From contig JBDUCQ010000001.1 in NCBI GenBank assembly GCA_040003385.1, forward strand, positions 11,811-75,810: 64,000 nucleotides of DNA. The letters are read 5' to 3'. Source of the stretch: Ginsengibacter sp. GTDB lineage: Bacteria > Bacteroidota > Bacteroidia > Chitinophagales > Chitinophagaceae. Below, piece after piece: positions 30,443 to 40,117 of this stretch (position 1 is its first letter; each line of letters opens with the position of its first letter). Position numbers and translations under genes: made by a program. The notes beneath the pieces are model-generated. The model saw only the letters and a program-made list of their open reading frames with translations, searched no databases and was not told where the DNA came from.

Positions 30443-31105
30443 ATGATAGAGCTACAGCATATTTCCAAATGGATCAACCAGGGTGGAAGAAGAATGTTTA
30501 TACTCAAGGACATTTCCATTTCAGTGGGGGAAGGGGAATTTATTTCAATTATGGGTCCGTCGGGCTCAGGCAAATCAACCCTGCTGAATGTGATTGGCAT
30601 GCTGGATGAGCCGAACGAGGGTGAATATGATTTTATGGGGATGAAAGTATTTTCCTTCAGGGAAAAGCAGCGTTCTGAAATTTATAAAAGCCACATTGGA
30701 TTTGTTTTCCAGGCATATCACCTCATCGATGAACTCACCGTGTATGAGAATATTGAGACACCCTTGCTTTACCAGAATATCAAGACTGCTGAAAGAAAAG
30801 CCATGGTGGCAGATATGCTCGATCGGTTCCAGATCGTTGGAAAAAAAGACCTGTTTCCTGCTCAATTGTCCGGCGGCCAGCAGCAGCTGGTTGGCATAGC
30901 ACGGGCCTTGATCGTAAAACCAAAGTTATTGCTGGCAGATGAACCGACGGGTAACCTCAACTCACGGCAGGGTGAAGAAATCATGGAACTTTTTAAACAA
31001 CTCAACAAGGAGGGAGTTACGGTGATACAGGTAACACATTCAGAAAAAAATGCTTCTTACGGATCCAGGATCATTAACCTCCTGGATGGAAGGGTCGTAA
31101 TGTAA
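30443..31105 (+). CDS. ABC transporter ATP-binding protein (MacB/LolD-type)
   Basis: Walker A GPSGSGKS, signature LSGGQQQ, Walker B LLLADEP, H-loop VTH. Confidence 0.95.
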   Translation: MIELQHISKWINQGGRRMFILKDISISVGEGEFISIMGPSGSGKSTLLNVIGMLDEPNEGEYDFMGMKVFSFREKQRSEIYKSHIGFVFQAYHLIDELTVYENIETPLLYQNIKTAERKAMVADMLDRFQIVGKKDLFPAQLSGGQQQLVGIARALIVKPKLLLADEPTGNLNSRQGEEIMELFKQLNKEGVTVIQVTHSEKNASYGSRIINLLDGRVVM

Positions 31106-31117
31106 AAAGTTAATAAA

Positions 31118-32554
31118 ATGATCAGGAATAAAATGAAATATTGCATAATTTTTTTCATGGCACTTGCTAACTGTAAGGCATATACGCAAACAGCGGATAC
31201 TGTATTGTCACTGAGACAAAGTGTGGACATTGCCATCAAAAACAACCTCCAGGTAAAACAAAGTGACCTCCAGGCACAATCAGATTATATTTCTCTAAAA
31301 CAATCAAAGGCCAATAAATTACCAGACGCCAATGCATTTGTCTCACACGGCCTCAACCAGGGACGCAGCATTGACCCATTCAGCAACAGTTACATCAATC
31401 AAAATGTAACTTTTGCAAATTATGCATTGAGCAGCTCGGTGATCATTTCCAATGGCGGGCAGTTGAGAAACCTCGTGAAACAAAATGAATTTGGAGTAGC
31501 GGCTTCAAGGATGGACGTACAACTTGCAAAAGAAAACCTCACACTTGACATAATCCTCGCATATTTGCAGGTGCTGAACAATGAAGACCTGGCTGAACAA
31601 TCAAAGAACCAGATGGCACTCACAAACAAGCAGGTAGAGAGACTTGAAATTCTCAACAAGGAAGGCGCGATCATACCTGCGCAATTGTTCGAATTGAGAG
31701 GGCAAATGGCGAACGACCAACTGGCTTTTATCAACAATCAAAATGCAGCAGAATTATCAAAACTCACGTTGAGCCAGTTGATGAACGTCCCGTATAGTAA
31801 AAATTTGCAATTGGAAAGGTTCACCGCCGATCAGTATGTGGTGGCACCTGAGGCAAATCCGGAAATGATCTATTCGACCGCCGAAAAAATTTATCCCCGG
31901 TTAAAAGCTGCAGAATTCAGGAAACAAAGTGCTACTGCAGGAATCAGAGCAGCGAAAGGACAATTCTATCCGCAAATAAGCCTGAATGGAAATATAAATT
32001 CCAACTTTTCAAATGCAGCCAGGAAAGATATTTTATTGAATCAATCACAGGTACCATCCGGAGATTTTATAACCATCAACGGCGACAATATCCCTGTGAT
32101 CACCACCAAATCAAATTTTAATTCACAAAAGATCAATTATACAGATCAGGTAAGGAATAATTATGGTACCTCATTGAGCCTGGATATACGCATACCCATT
32201 CTTAATGCAAACATGGCAAAAAACAGGGTTGCCCAGGCAAAGATTGCATTACAGAATAGTATGTATGTTGAAGAAACAGCTAAGATCCAGTTGAGGCAGT
32301 CTATCGAGCAGGCATATTTTAACATGAACGCTGCCAATGAAAAATATAAAACATTACAGCAACAGGTAGCAGATTTTGAAGGAGCATTTAAAATCGCTGA
32401 AGTTCGTTTTAATGAAGGGGTATCGAACCAGGTAGAATACCTGATAGCAAAAAATAACTATGACCGGTCAAGGATAAATCTAATCAGTGCATTGTATGAT
32501 TACATATTCCGTATTAAAATTCTTGACTATTACCAGGGAAAGCTTGTGCTATAA
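31118..32554 (+). CDS. TolC-family outer membrane efflux protein
   Basis: Signal peptide, AIKNNLQVKQ and YPQISL motifs, two-repeat helical pattern, C-terminal ILDYYQG. The start may be 31133 (MKYC). Confidence 0.9.
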   Translation: MIRNKMKYCIIFFMALANCKAYTQTADTVLSLRQSVDIAIKNNLQVKQSDLQAQSDYISLKQSKANKLPDANAFVSHGLNQGRSIDPFSNSYINQNVTFANYALSSSVIISNGGQLRNLVKQNEFGVAASRMDVQLAKENLTLDIILAYLQVLNNEDLAEQSKNQMALTNKQVERLEILNKEGAIIPAQLFELRGQMANDQLAFINNQNAAELSKLTLSQLMNVPYSKNLQLERFTADQYVVAPEANPEMIYSTAEKIYPRLKAAEFRKQSATAGIRAAKGQFYPQISLNGNINSNFSNAARKDILLNQSQVPSGDFITINGDNIPVITTKSNFNSQKINYTDQVRNNYGTSLSLDIRIPILNANMAKNRVAQAKIALQNSMYVEETAKIQLRQSIEQAYFNMNAANEKYKTLQQQVADFEGAFKIAEVRFNEGVSNQVEYLIAKNNYDRSRINLISALYDYIFRIKILDYYQGKLVL

Positions 32555-32571
32555 GGGCAACCCAACCGTAT

Positions 32572-33342
32572 TTACGGTGAGGTTTTGAAAATTCTTTCCG
32601 CATTGGCTGTTGTGATCAAGGCTACTTCTTCTTCTGAAATATTTTTTAGTGATGCAAGTTTTTGCACGATCAAAGGAAGATAACTGCTTTCATTTCTTTT
32701 GCCCCGGAATGGAACCGGGGTAAGATAAGGCGCATCAGTTTCCAGTACGATGTATTGCATATCTATTTCTTTGATCACCTCTGCAAGCCCTGCATTTTTA
32801 TAAGTAACCACTCCACCGATTCCCAATAAAAACCCTGCGTCAATTATTTCTTTCGCTTCAGCAAGTGAGCCACTGAAACAATGGAATATACCCTGCAGTC
32901 CCCGGTACGTATATTTTTTCACCACATCAATGGTCTCACGCATGGCATTCCGCGTATGCAAAACAACCGGAAGATGATATTCGAGCGCCCATTCTAAGTG
33001 AGTATTGAAACATTCATATTGTGCCTCTTTAAAAGTCTGGTCCCAGTAAAAATCAAGGCCTGTTTCTCCTATTGCAACAAACTTACGTTTACCTAACCAG
33101 CTTTGCACAATGGAAAGCTCTTCCTTATAATTCGCTTTGACAGAACAAGGATGCAACGCCATCATTGAAAAACATTCCGGGTATTTTCGTTCCAGCTCCA
33201 GCATATTATTCATTTCGGTACTGTCGATCGAAGGCAGGTAAAATTTCTTTACTCCGGCGCTCAGGGCTTTATCGATAACGGTTTGAATGTCGCCGGCAAA
33301 ATCATTCAGGTACAGGTGAGTATGGGTATCAATCAGAGTCAT
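32572..33342 (-). CDS. tatD: TatD-family hydrolase/DNase
   Basis: LIDTHTH, AIGETGLDFYW, VVLHTR, GIFHCFSG, LETDAPYL motifs; start set at MTLID. Confidence 0.93.
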   Translation of the reverse strand: MTLIDTHTHLYLNDFAGDIQTVIDKALSAGVKKFYLPSIDSTEMNNMLELERKYPECFSMMALHPCSVKANYKEELSIVQSWLGKRKFVAIGETGLDFYWDQTFKEAQYECFNTHLEWALEYHLPVVLHTRNAMRETIDVVKKYTYRGLQGIFHCFSGSLAEAKEIIDAGFLLGIGGVVTYKNAGLAEVIKEIDMQYIVLETDAPYLTPVPFRGKRNESSYLPLIVQKLASLKNISEEEVALITTANAERIFKTSP

Positions 33343-33691
33343 GATCACAAAGGAAATTGAAATTTTACAATATTATGAATAACAATTAAATGACATATCA
33401 TATAAAAAGTTCGATGTTTTTGTATGGCTGGTGAAAAAAATGGCATAAATAAATTCTTAATAAAAACGTGTCCAAAATAAGAATTATGTTAGATAGTCGC
33501 GGCTGGCCTGGTTGTTAGCTCGTTCATTTTCAAAATTGCCAACCTGAAATCACCACAGGCTGGATGTAAAGATTGAAATTGCGGGCGATGTGCTCTGCTG
33601 GCCACAATTTCAAAATACACTTCCAAAGAATGTTGTTGCATCTTTTTAAAAACAATTGTAACTTCGGGCCAGTTTTCATAGGGTACGGATT

Positions 33692-33730
33692 AAAAACGGG
33701 CCAGGGTGTCTACCCCGGCCCATTTTATTT
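33692..33730. terminator. Bidirectional intrinsic terminator-like hairpin
   Basis: AAAAAC-GGGCCAGGGT-GTCT-ACCCCGGCCC-ATTTTATTT, just past the stop of the - strand deacetylase gene. Confidence 0.7.
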
Positions 33731-33752
33731 TAGTGATACTCTCCCGGTATTT

Positions 33753-34376
33753 TTACCCGATTATTTTAAACTGGTATCCTTTCCTGGCAAAGTGATCCAA
33801 AACCCCGGGTAATACAGTACGTAATTTTTGAATTGAATTTTCGCTATCATGAAAAACAACAATTGAGCCCTGTTTTGCATTTCTTGTAACATTTAAAAAA
33901 CAGTGCTCTTCACTCAATTGCGGATCAAAATCCCCGCTCAGCACATCCCACATAATTGTTCTCATTGCATATTTTTTTGCTTTCAGTTGTGAGAGTTGAA
34001 ATTTTGTGATACGCCCATAGGGTGGCCGGAACAAATTGCTGTCAATCACCTGTTTTGCCTTGAAAATATTTTCGAGATAAACAGCGTCTTTCGTTTTCCA
34101 TCCATTCAAATGATCAAATGTATGATTGCCGACTGCGTGCCCTGCGGTAATCACATTCTCATAAATATCAAAATGCTTTTCAACATTTTTACCAATACAA
34201 AAAAATGTAGCCAAAGCATTGTACTTATTCAGCTGCTCCAATATAAATGTAGTTGCCAGCGGATTTGGACCGTCATCAAAAGTGAGGTAAAGGACTTTTT
34301 CAGCGGTTTTAACATGCCAGGTACATTCCGGATATAATAATCTTAATAAGGCCGGCGTTTTGATAAAATAGAACAT
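33753..34376 (-). CDS. Polysaccharide deacetylase (CE4/NodB-like)
   Basis: LTFDDGP, NHTFDHLNG, FRPPYG, WDVLSGDF, VVFHD motifs; probable start MFYFIKTP. Confidence 0.92.
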   Translation of the reverse strand: MFYFIKTPALLRLLYPECTWHVKTAEKVLYLTFDDGPNPLATTFILEQLNKYNALATFFCIGKNVEKHFDIYENVITAGHAVGNHTFDHLNGWKTKDAVYLENIFKAKQVIDSNLFRPPYGRITKFQLSQLKAKKYAMRTIMWDVLSGDFDPQLSEEHCFLNVTRNAKQGSIVVFHDSENSIQKLRTVLPGVLDHFARKGYQFKIIG

Positions 34377-34451
34377 TGCTGGAATTATAATTTTTTTCAA
34401 TTAAACCTTTTGACCGACAGGAGGTCTTACCTCAAAATAAAATAAATAAAT

Positions 34452-35309
34452 ATGAAACTAACTAATCTCATACTGGGATTTGCACTTACCTCTTTAACAA
34501 TTGGAATGCAAGCTTGTAAAAAGACCACAGCATCCACCACAACTGATGAGTTTGAAACCACCTTTGAATTAAGTGGCGACCAGGCCGTTACCGATTATGT
34601 CATTGAAGATGCAAATGATATTTTGAATGAAGCCGCCATAGAAAATAATTTTTCAGGCAACAGGCTATCTGACCAGTCATCCGCAACTCAGACAATGAAT
34701 TTACTCAGTTGTGCTTCTGTGACTGTCACACCCCTCCAGGGTTTTCCTAAAAATATTGTCCTGGACTTCGGTACCGGCTGTACTTCTGGAAATGGGGTAA
34801 CCAGGAAAGGAAAGATCCTGATTGCCATTTCAGATTCCTTAAGGAAATCAGGAAGTGTTGCGGTGATGACATTTGATGGGTTTTATGTAAATAATTTTAA
34901 AAAAGAAGGAACCATCACCTGGACGAATACAAGTTCTGCAGGTACCAAAAGCTGGCAGCGCAAAGCTGAAAATGGGAAGATCACCGCACCCGATGGAAAA
35001 TACTGGCTTCACAGCGGTACCAAAAATATAGTGCAGGTTGCAGGGGTAACAACGCCCCATAATCTATTGGATGATGTGTATTCGATCACCGGTGACCATA
35101 CCGTAACGAACGCCGCTGGTAAAACGAGAACCTCCACTATCATTGAAGCTCTTGAAAAGAAAGTGATCTGCGAAAACATTGATAAGGGGAAGGTAAAAAT
35201 TCAGGGGCCTAACCACTTTGCTGTATTGGATTATGGGGATGGCACCTGCGACAGGGTAGCTACCATTTCAATTGATGGCAGGGATCCAAGGACTATCCTA
35301 TTACGATAA
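34452..35309 (+). CDS. Hypothetical lipoprotein
   Basis: Lipobox-like MQAC-KK; Thr/Gly-rich beta-type body (LDFGTGCT, LDYGDGTCD). Confidence 0.75.
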   Translation: MKLTNLILGFALTSLTIGMQACKKTTASTTTDEFETTFELSGDQAVTDYVIEDANDILNEAAIENNFSGNRLSDQSSATQTMNLLSCASVTVTPLQGFPKNIVLDFGTGCTSGNGVTRKGKILIAISDSLRKSGSVAVMTFDGFYVNNFKKEGTITWTNTSSAGTKSWQRKAENGKITAPDGKYWLHSGTKNIVQVAGVTTPHNLLDDVYSITGDHTVTNAAGKTRTSTIIEALEKKVICENIDKGKVKIQGPNHFAVLDYGDGTCDRVATISIDGRDPRTILLR

Positions 35310-35331
35310 TTTTTCCAGGAACATAATGCCC

Positions 35332-35361
35332 GCCTGTCCATTCAAACGGACAGGCTTTTTT
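35332..35361 (+). terminator. Intrinsic terminator
   Basis: GCCTGTCC-ATTCAAAC-GGACAGGC-TTTTTT. Confidence 0.75.
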
Positions 35362-35407
35362 ATTAGAGTCACTTAACATTGTTACCGCCTGTATATATCT
35401 TTGCAGG

Positions 35408-36931
35408 ATGCCGAAAGTAAGAGTTCGTTTTGCCCCAAGCCCCACGGGAGGTTTGCATTTAGGTGGTGTGCGTACAGTGCTGTACAATTATCTTTTTGCC
35501 AAACAACACGGTGGGGATTTCGTGCTGAGGATTGAAGATACCGACCAGAACAGGTATGTGGAAGGGGCTGAAAAATACATCATGGATTGTCTCAACTGGT
35601 GTGGCTTATTGCCTGGCGAAGGTCCTCACACAAATGGACCTTATGCACCATACCGGCAAAGTGAAAGGAAGGAATTGTATAAAAAATATGCAGAACAATT
35701 GGTGAAAAGCGGCCACGCTTATTATGCCTTCGATACGCCTGGAGAAATTGAAGCAATGCGCGAAAGTTTGAAATCACAGGAAAAATTCAGTGCGAATTAT
35801 GACCACCATGTTCGTCAGAACATGCGTAACTCACTCAACCTAGCTCCTCACGAAACCCTCGAATTGCTTGCAGCAAACACCCCATATGTGATCAGGATCA
35901 AAATTAACCCGGGTGAGCAGGTTACATTTGAAGACATGATTCGTGGCACTGTGCATTTTGATACCACGAATGTTGACGACAAAGTGCTTCTGAAAGCGGA
36001 TGGAATGCCAACTTATCATTTAGCGGTAGTAGTTGATGATTACCTCATGAAGATCACCCATGCATTCAGGGGCGAAGAATGGCTCACCAGTGCACCTGTA
36101 CATATTTTGTTATGGAAGTACCTTGGCTGGGAATCCTCGATGCCAGAATGGGCACACCTTCCACTGATCCTGAAACCCGATGGTAATGGCAAGCTCAGTA
36201 AAAGAGATGGCGACCGGCTTGGTTTTCCGGTATTCGCGATGAATTGGGAAGACCCGCTGACAGGTGAGGTGGTAAAAGGTTTCAAAGAGCTCGGCTTTTT
36301 ACCGCAGGCCTTTATAAACCTTCTGGCATTGCTGGGATGGAATGACGGCTCAGAACAGGAATTATTTTCACTGGATGAACTGGTACAGAAATTTTCTATC
36401 AAACGCGTACACCATGCAGGCGCAAAATTCGATTTCGAAAAAGCGAAGTGGTTCAACCATGAATGGATAAAAAAATTACCGGCCAATGAATTAAAGCAAG
36501 ACGTACTAAAAATATTCAGGGACCACGGGATTGAACCTGCTGATAATAGTAAACTGGAAAAAGTAATTACACTGATCAGGGACCGCTGCACATTGCTGAC
36601 GGATTTTTGGGAACAAGGCTCATTTCTCTATAAGTCACCAGAAAATTATGACATGTCAGCAATTCGGCCGGGATGGAATGAAAAAAAGCAACTTTTTTTT
36701 GCTGAATTGATAAGGGCTATTGAGCTAAGCACAGATTGGGAAAGTCATTCGCTTGAAAAGGAATTCAAAGAGATGGCAGCTGCGAACCAGTTAAAGCCCG
36801 GAGAGCTTATGGCACCATTTCGAATTATGCTCGTGGGCGGTAAGTTTGGGCCCGGTGTCTTTGAGATTGCCTCAATAATTGGTAAAGAAGAAACCATCAA
36901 TCGCATCCGGCATACGATGTCATTGTTGTAA
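35408..36931 (+). CDS. gltX: Glutamate--tRNA ligase
   Basis: RVRFAPSPTG, HLGG (HIGH), LRIEDTD, RGEEW, KLSKR (KMSKS) motifs. Confidence 0.96.
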   Translation: MPKVRVRFAPSPTGGLHLGGVRTVLYNYLFAKQHGGDFVLRIEDTDQNRYVEGAEKYIMDCLNWCGLLPGEGPHTNGPYAPYRQSERKELYKKYAEQLVKSGHAYYAFDTPGEIEAMRESLKSQEKFSANYDHHVRQNMRNSLNLAPHETLELLAANTPYVIRIKINPGEQVTFEDMIRGTVHFDTTNVDDKVLLKADGMPTYHLAVVVDDYLMKITHAFRGEEWLTSAPVHILLWKYLGWESSMPEWAHLPLILKPDGNGKLSKRDGDRLGFPVFAMNWEDPLTGEVVKGFKELGFLPQAFINLLALLGWNDGSEQELFSLDELVQKFSIKRVHHAGAKFDFEKAKWFNHEWIKKLPANELKQDVLKIFRDHGIEPADNSKLEKVITLIRDRCTLLTDFWEQGSFLYKSPENYDMSAIRPGWNEKKQLFFAELIRAIELSTDWESHSLEKEFKEMAAANQLKPGELMAPFRIMLVGGKFGPGVFEIASIIGKEETINRIRHTMSLL

Positions 36932-37112
36932 AATGTTTTATTTGCGCTGTTAGACCAATCCATTATCAATGCAATTTGGCGATAAGATCTTTCTCTTTCA
37001 GCATGCTGATTCAACTGCGGTCAGGATTGTGATTACAGGGTTGAAACAAATGAAATCTGAATATTCATGCCACCATTGAAACAGAAATGTAATTTTGAAT
37101 AAATTTTCAGAC

Positions 37113-37553
37113 ATGGACGAGAAGGATGCGAAAGGACAAATTAAAAAGCCACGGCCTATACGTGTTCTGGTAGCAAAAGTGGGGCTGGATGGACATGACC
37201 GTGGAGCAAAGGTGATTGCCACAGCGCTTCGTGATGCGGGGATGGAAGTGATCTATACCGGCTTGCGGCAAACTGCTGAAATGGTGGTGAATGCCGCTCT
37301 GCAGGAAGATGTTGATGCAATTGGTGTCAGCATTTTAAGTGGTGCGCACAATACCGTATTCCCTAAAATATTAAAGTTGCTGAAAGAAAAAAAGATGGAT
37401 GATGTGTTATTGACCGGAGGGGGTATCATTCCACAGGAAGATATGACAGCATTGAATGAAATGGGCGTGGGAAAATTGTTTCCACCCGAAACATCAACTC
37501 AGGAGATAGCGAAATATATCCGGGAATGGGTACAGGAAAACAGGAGCTTTTAA
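37113..37553 (+). CDS. Stand-alone cobalamin-binding subunit of a methylmalonyl-CoA-mutase-family enzyme
   Basis: [18 protein letters not shown] (DxHxxG), [21 protein letters not shown]; start set at ATG 37113. Confidence 0.9.
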   Translation: MDEKDAKGQIKKPRPIRVLVAKVGLDGHDRGAKVIATALRDAGMEVIYTGLRQTAEMVVNAALQEDVDAIGVSILSGAHNTVFPKILKLLKEKKMDDVLLTGGGIIPQEDMTALNEMGVGKLFPPETSTQEIAKYIREWVQENRSF

Positions 37554-37613
37554 CGCAAAAATTTTCAATGGTTTTGAGCCTATTTTTGTAGTAAATATTA
37601 TAAAGCAATAAAC

Positions 37614-38387
37614 ATGTATTCAACACTTCTTACCCAGCTGGAAAGCAACGTGTTCACCATCACAATCAACAGGCCAGATAAGTTGAATGCATTGAATCAG
37701 CAAGTGATGAAAGAGCTGGAACTGGCAATGGATGAAGTTAAAAATAATGCTGATATTAAAGCGGTGATCATTACAGGGTCGGGAAATAAAGCTTTCGTTG
37801 CGGGGGCCGACATATCCGAGTTTACAGGAATCACTCAGCAGGAAGCGATGGGATTTGCCAAATCAGGACAGGATATTTTTTTTAAGATTGAAAACAGCAC
37901 AAAGCCTGTTATAGGTGCAGTGAATGGTTTTGCATTGGGTGGAGGCTGTGAACTTGCAATGGCTTGTCATTTCAGGATCGCGTCAGAAAATGCAAAATTC
38001 GGGCAACCGGAAGTGAACCTCGGGCTCATTCCCGGATATGGAGGCACACAGCGTATGCCGATGCTGATCGGAAAAGGAAGGGCAATGGAATTACTCTTGA
38101 CAGGCAATATGATCGATGCAAATACCGCATTGCAATTCGGGCTTGTCAATTATGTAGTGCCTGGTGATCAATTGCTGGACAAGGCTAAATCCGTTCTCGC
38201 AATCATCAATTCAAAAGCGCCTGTTGCCATTTCAAAATGTATTAATTCTGTCAACCATTCCAATACTGGCATGAAAGGTTATGAACACGAGATCTTCGGG
38301 TTCAGTGAATGCTTTGCTACCAGTGATGTGAAAGAAGGTACTTCTGCATTCCTTGAAAAGCGTAAACCTAATTTTATCGGGAAATAG
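37614..38387 (+). CDS. Enoyl-CoA hydratase/crotonase-family protein
   Basis: INRPDKLNAL, AFVAGADI, ALGGGCELAMAC, FGQPEVNLG, GGTQR motifs. Confidence 0.93.
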   Translation: MYSTLLTQLESNVFTITINRPDKLNALNQQVMKELELAMDEVKNNADIKAVIITGSGNKAFVAGADISEFTGITQQEAMGFAKSGQDIFFKIENSTKPVIGAVNGFALGGGCELAMACHFRIASENAKFGQPEVNLGLIPGYGGTQRMPMLIGKGRAMELLLTGNMIDANTALQFGLVNYVVPGDQLLDKAKSVLAIINSKAPVAISKCINSVNHSNTGMKGYEHEIFGFSECFATSDVKEGTSAFLEKRKPNFIGK

Positions 38388-38533
38388 ATTAATTATTGAT
38401 TACTAATATTATGATTATTTTTTATTTGTTACAATACCCGGTGTGAGACTCATGATAGCGTATTTATTCGATTTAAAAGTATGTTTGAAACGGCCTCATA
38501 AAAAAGACGTGAAGAAAATTTGTTTGGTTGTCG

Positions 38534-38751
38534 CCTGCCTGCCGGTAGGCAGGTAAAGAAATGAAATTGATGTTACAAAAGTTGGGTATATTTTCTATGC
38601 TGGCAAGTCGCACAAAAGCTTGGATATATTCAACTGCTTGAGCTAATTTCATTTTAGACAAACTATTAAATTTTTAGTCTTTTTTTGAAGCCCTGCCTAC
38701 CGGCAGGCAGGCTTGATTTTTTACCTGCCCGAGTGATGTCAGTCAGGCGGG
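38534..38751. repeat. Cluster of CCTGCC-ended palindromes: 38534-38553, 38692-38711 and a 28-bp hairpin at 38724-38751
   Basis: CCTGCCTGCCGGTAGGCAGG and CCTGCCTACCGGCAGGCAGG are exact reverse complements; CCTGCCCGAGTGATGTCAGTCAGGCGGG is related to 13704 and 26537. Confidence 0.85.
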
Positions 38752-38788
38752 TTACTTTTTTTATCAAGAAAAAAAGTAAGAACAAAAA

Positions 38789-40117
38789 TCATTTTTCTAT
38801 AAGTTTCTCATCAACATTATAAGCAGCCAGCTGGCTTAAAACCGTATTTCCAACCTGTTCAACAACCTTCAGCCGAATTGTCTTTAAAGCCACCGGCAAA
38901 AAAGTAATTATTCGTTTGTGCCCGATCGTTGTACCGTCGATCTTTTTTATTGGCCGATGATGATCATCAAATAAAAAAAGAGTAAATTTTTTACAATGCT
39001 GCCCGGCACGCAAATTTTCCTTCAAAACAATACAATCAACAGGTGTGGATTTATTAAATTCTATCTCTAAGGTCTTTAAATGGAAACCTTTACTTAAGTC
39101 TTTACCAAAACTTTGCGTCCTCAGGTTTTTAAAACCAACAAGTGATGCAGAATCGTAGCGGCTTATCAATCCTTTCCTGTCTGGAGGCACATTCAGCAAA
39201 AGGTTAGCACCACGCCCCACTGATTTCAAATACAATTGAAATAATTCTCCGGGCGATTTCACCCTATCATTTTCTTCCGGGTGGTAAAACCAACCCGGCC
39301 GTATACTCACATCACACTCAGCGGGGATCCAGCTGTTGCCATTCACATTTCCCAGGCTCAATGAATCTGTTGGTGGCGCTCCTTCTCCTCTTTTAAAACC
39401 CGCCGTGTCCAGTGTATTCCAGTTGGTAGTGGCGGCAATTCCATTTTCATTTCCCACCCACCGTATGTGTGGACCAATATCACTGAACACTAAAGTATTC
39501 GGCGACAAATGTTCAACTGTCTTCTCAAAACGTTGCCAGTCGTATTCCTGCTTTTTACCATTTGGGCCTTCACCATTCGCCCCATCCCACCACAGTTCCC
39601 AAACCGGCCCGTAATTAGAAAATATTTCTTTAAGCATATTCACAAACACATCATTGTATTCCGCCGTTCCATATTTTGGATGGTTACGGTCCCACGGTGA
39701 AAGGTAAACGCCGAATTTCAGCCCATAAGCTGCGCACGCTGCAGACAATTCTTTCAACACATCACCCCTTCCATTTTTCCATGCACTTTCTCTTACGGTA
39801 TGAGTTGAATATTTACTTGGCCAAAGGCAAAACCCATCATGATGCTTTGCTGTAATGATAATTCCTTTAGCACCTGCAGCTTTTGCAATCCTGCACCATT
39901 GCTTGCAATCAAGTTGTTCGGGATTGAAAACATTTTCCGGCTCATCTCCCAAACCCCATTCTTTGTCTGTAAAAGTATTAGGGCCGAAATGCATAAACAG
40001 GTAAAACTCCATTTCATGCCATTCCACTTGTTGCGGTGTAGGTATGGGGAGGTGCTGTGCATCTAAGATTGAAACAAAAAAAATCAAAATAAAAAACAGG
40101 ATGCCTTTAATTTTCAT
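38789..40117 (-). CDS. Alpha-L-fucosidase (GH29)
   Basis: FMHFGPNTF, ITAKHHDGFCLWPS, YLSPWD, WWDGANGEG, IRPGWFYH, SVGRGANLLLNVPP motifs. Confidence 0.92.
   Translation of the reverse strand: MKIKGILFFILIFFVSILDAQHLPIPTPQQVEWHEMEFYLFMHFGPNTFTDKEWGLGDEPENVFNPEQLDCKQWCRIAKAAGAKGIIITAKHHDGFCLWPSKYSTHTVRESAWKNGRGDVLKELSAACAAYGLKFGVYLSPWDRNHPKYGTAEYNDVFVNMLKEIFSNYGPVWELWWDGANGEGPNGKKQEYDWQRFEKTVEHLSPNTLVFSDIGPHIRWVGNENGIAATTNWNTLDTAGFKRGEGAPPTDSLSLGNVNGNSWIPAECDVSIRPGWFYHPEENDRVKSPGELFQLYLKSVGRGANLLLNVPPDRKGLISRYDSASLVGFKNLRTQSFGKDLSKGFHLKTLEIEFNKSTPVDCIVLKENLRAGQHCKKFTLFLFDDHHRPIKKIDGTTIGHKRIITFLPVALKTIRLKVVEQVGNTVLSQLAAYNVDEKLIEK

Noticed and set aside
1-32554. Calling the array a true integron
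   Set aside because: No integrase (tyrosine recombinase) gene, attI or canonical attC R-box (RYYYAAC…GTTRRRY) pairs are recognisable in the window. The idea is kept only as an analogy.
36040-36591. 183-aa - strand ORF
   Set aside because: Antisense to gltX, no motifs.
38473-38661. 62-aa - strand ORF between the hydratase and fucosidase
   Set aside because: It crosses the palindrome (LPAYRQAG), has no recognisable family and no other support.
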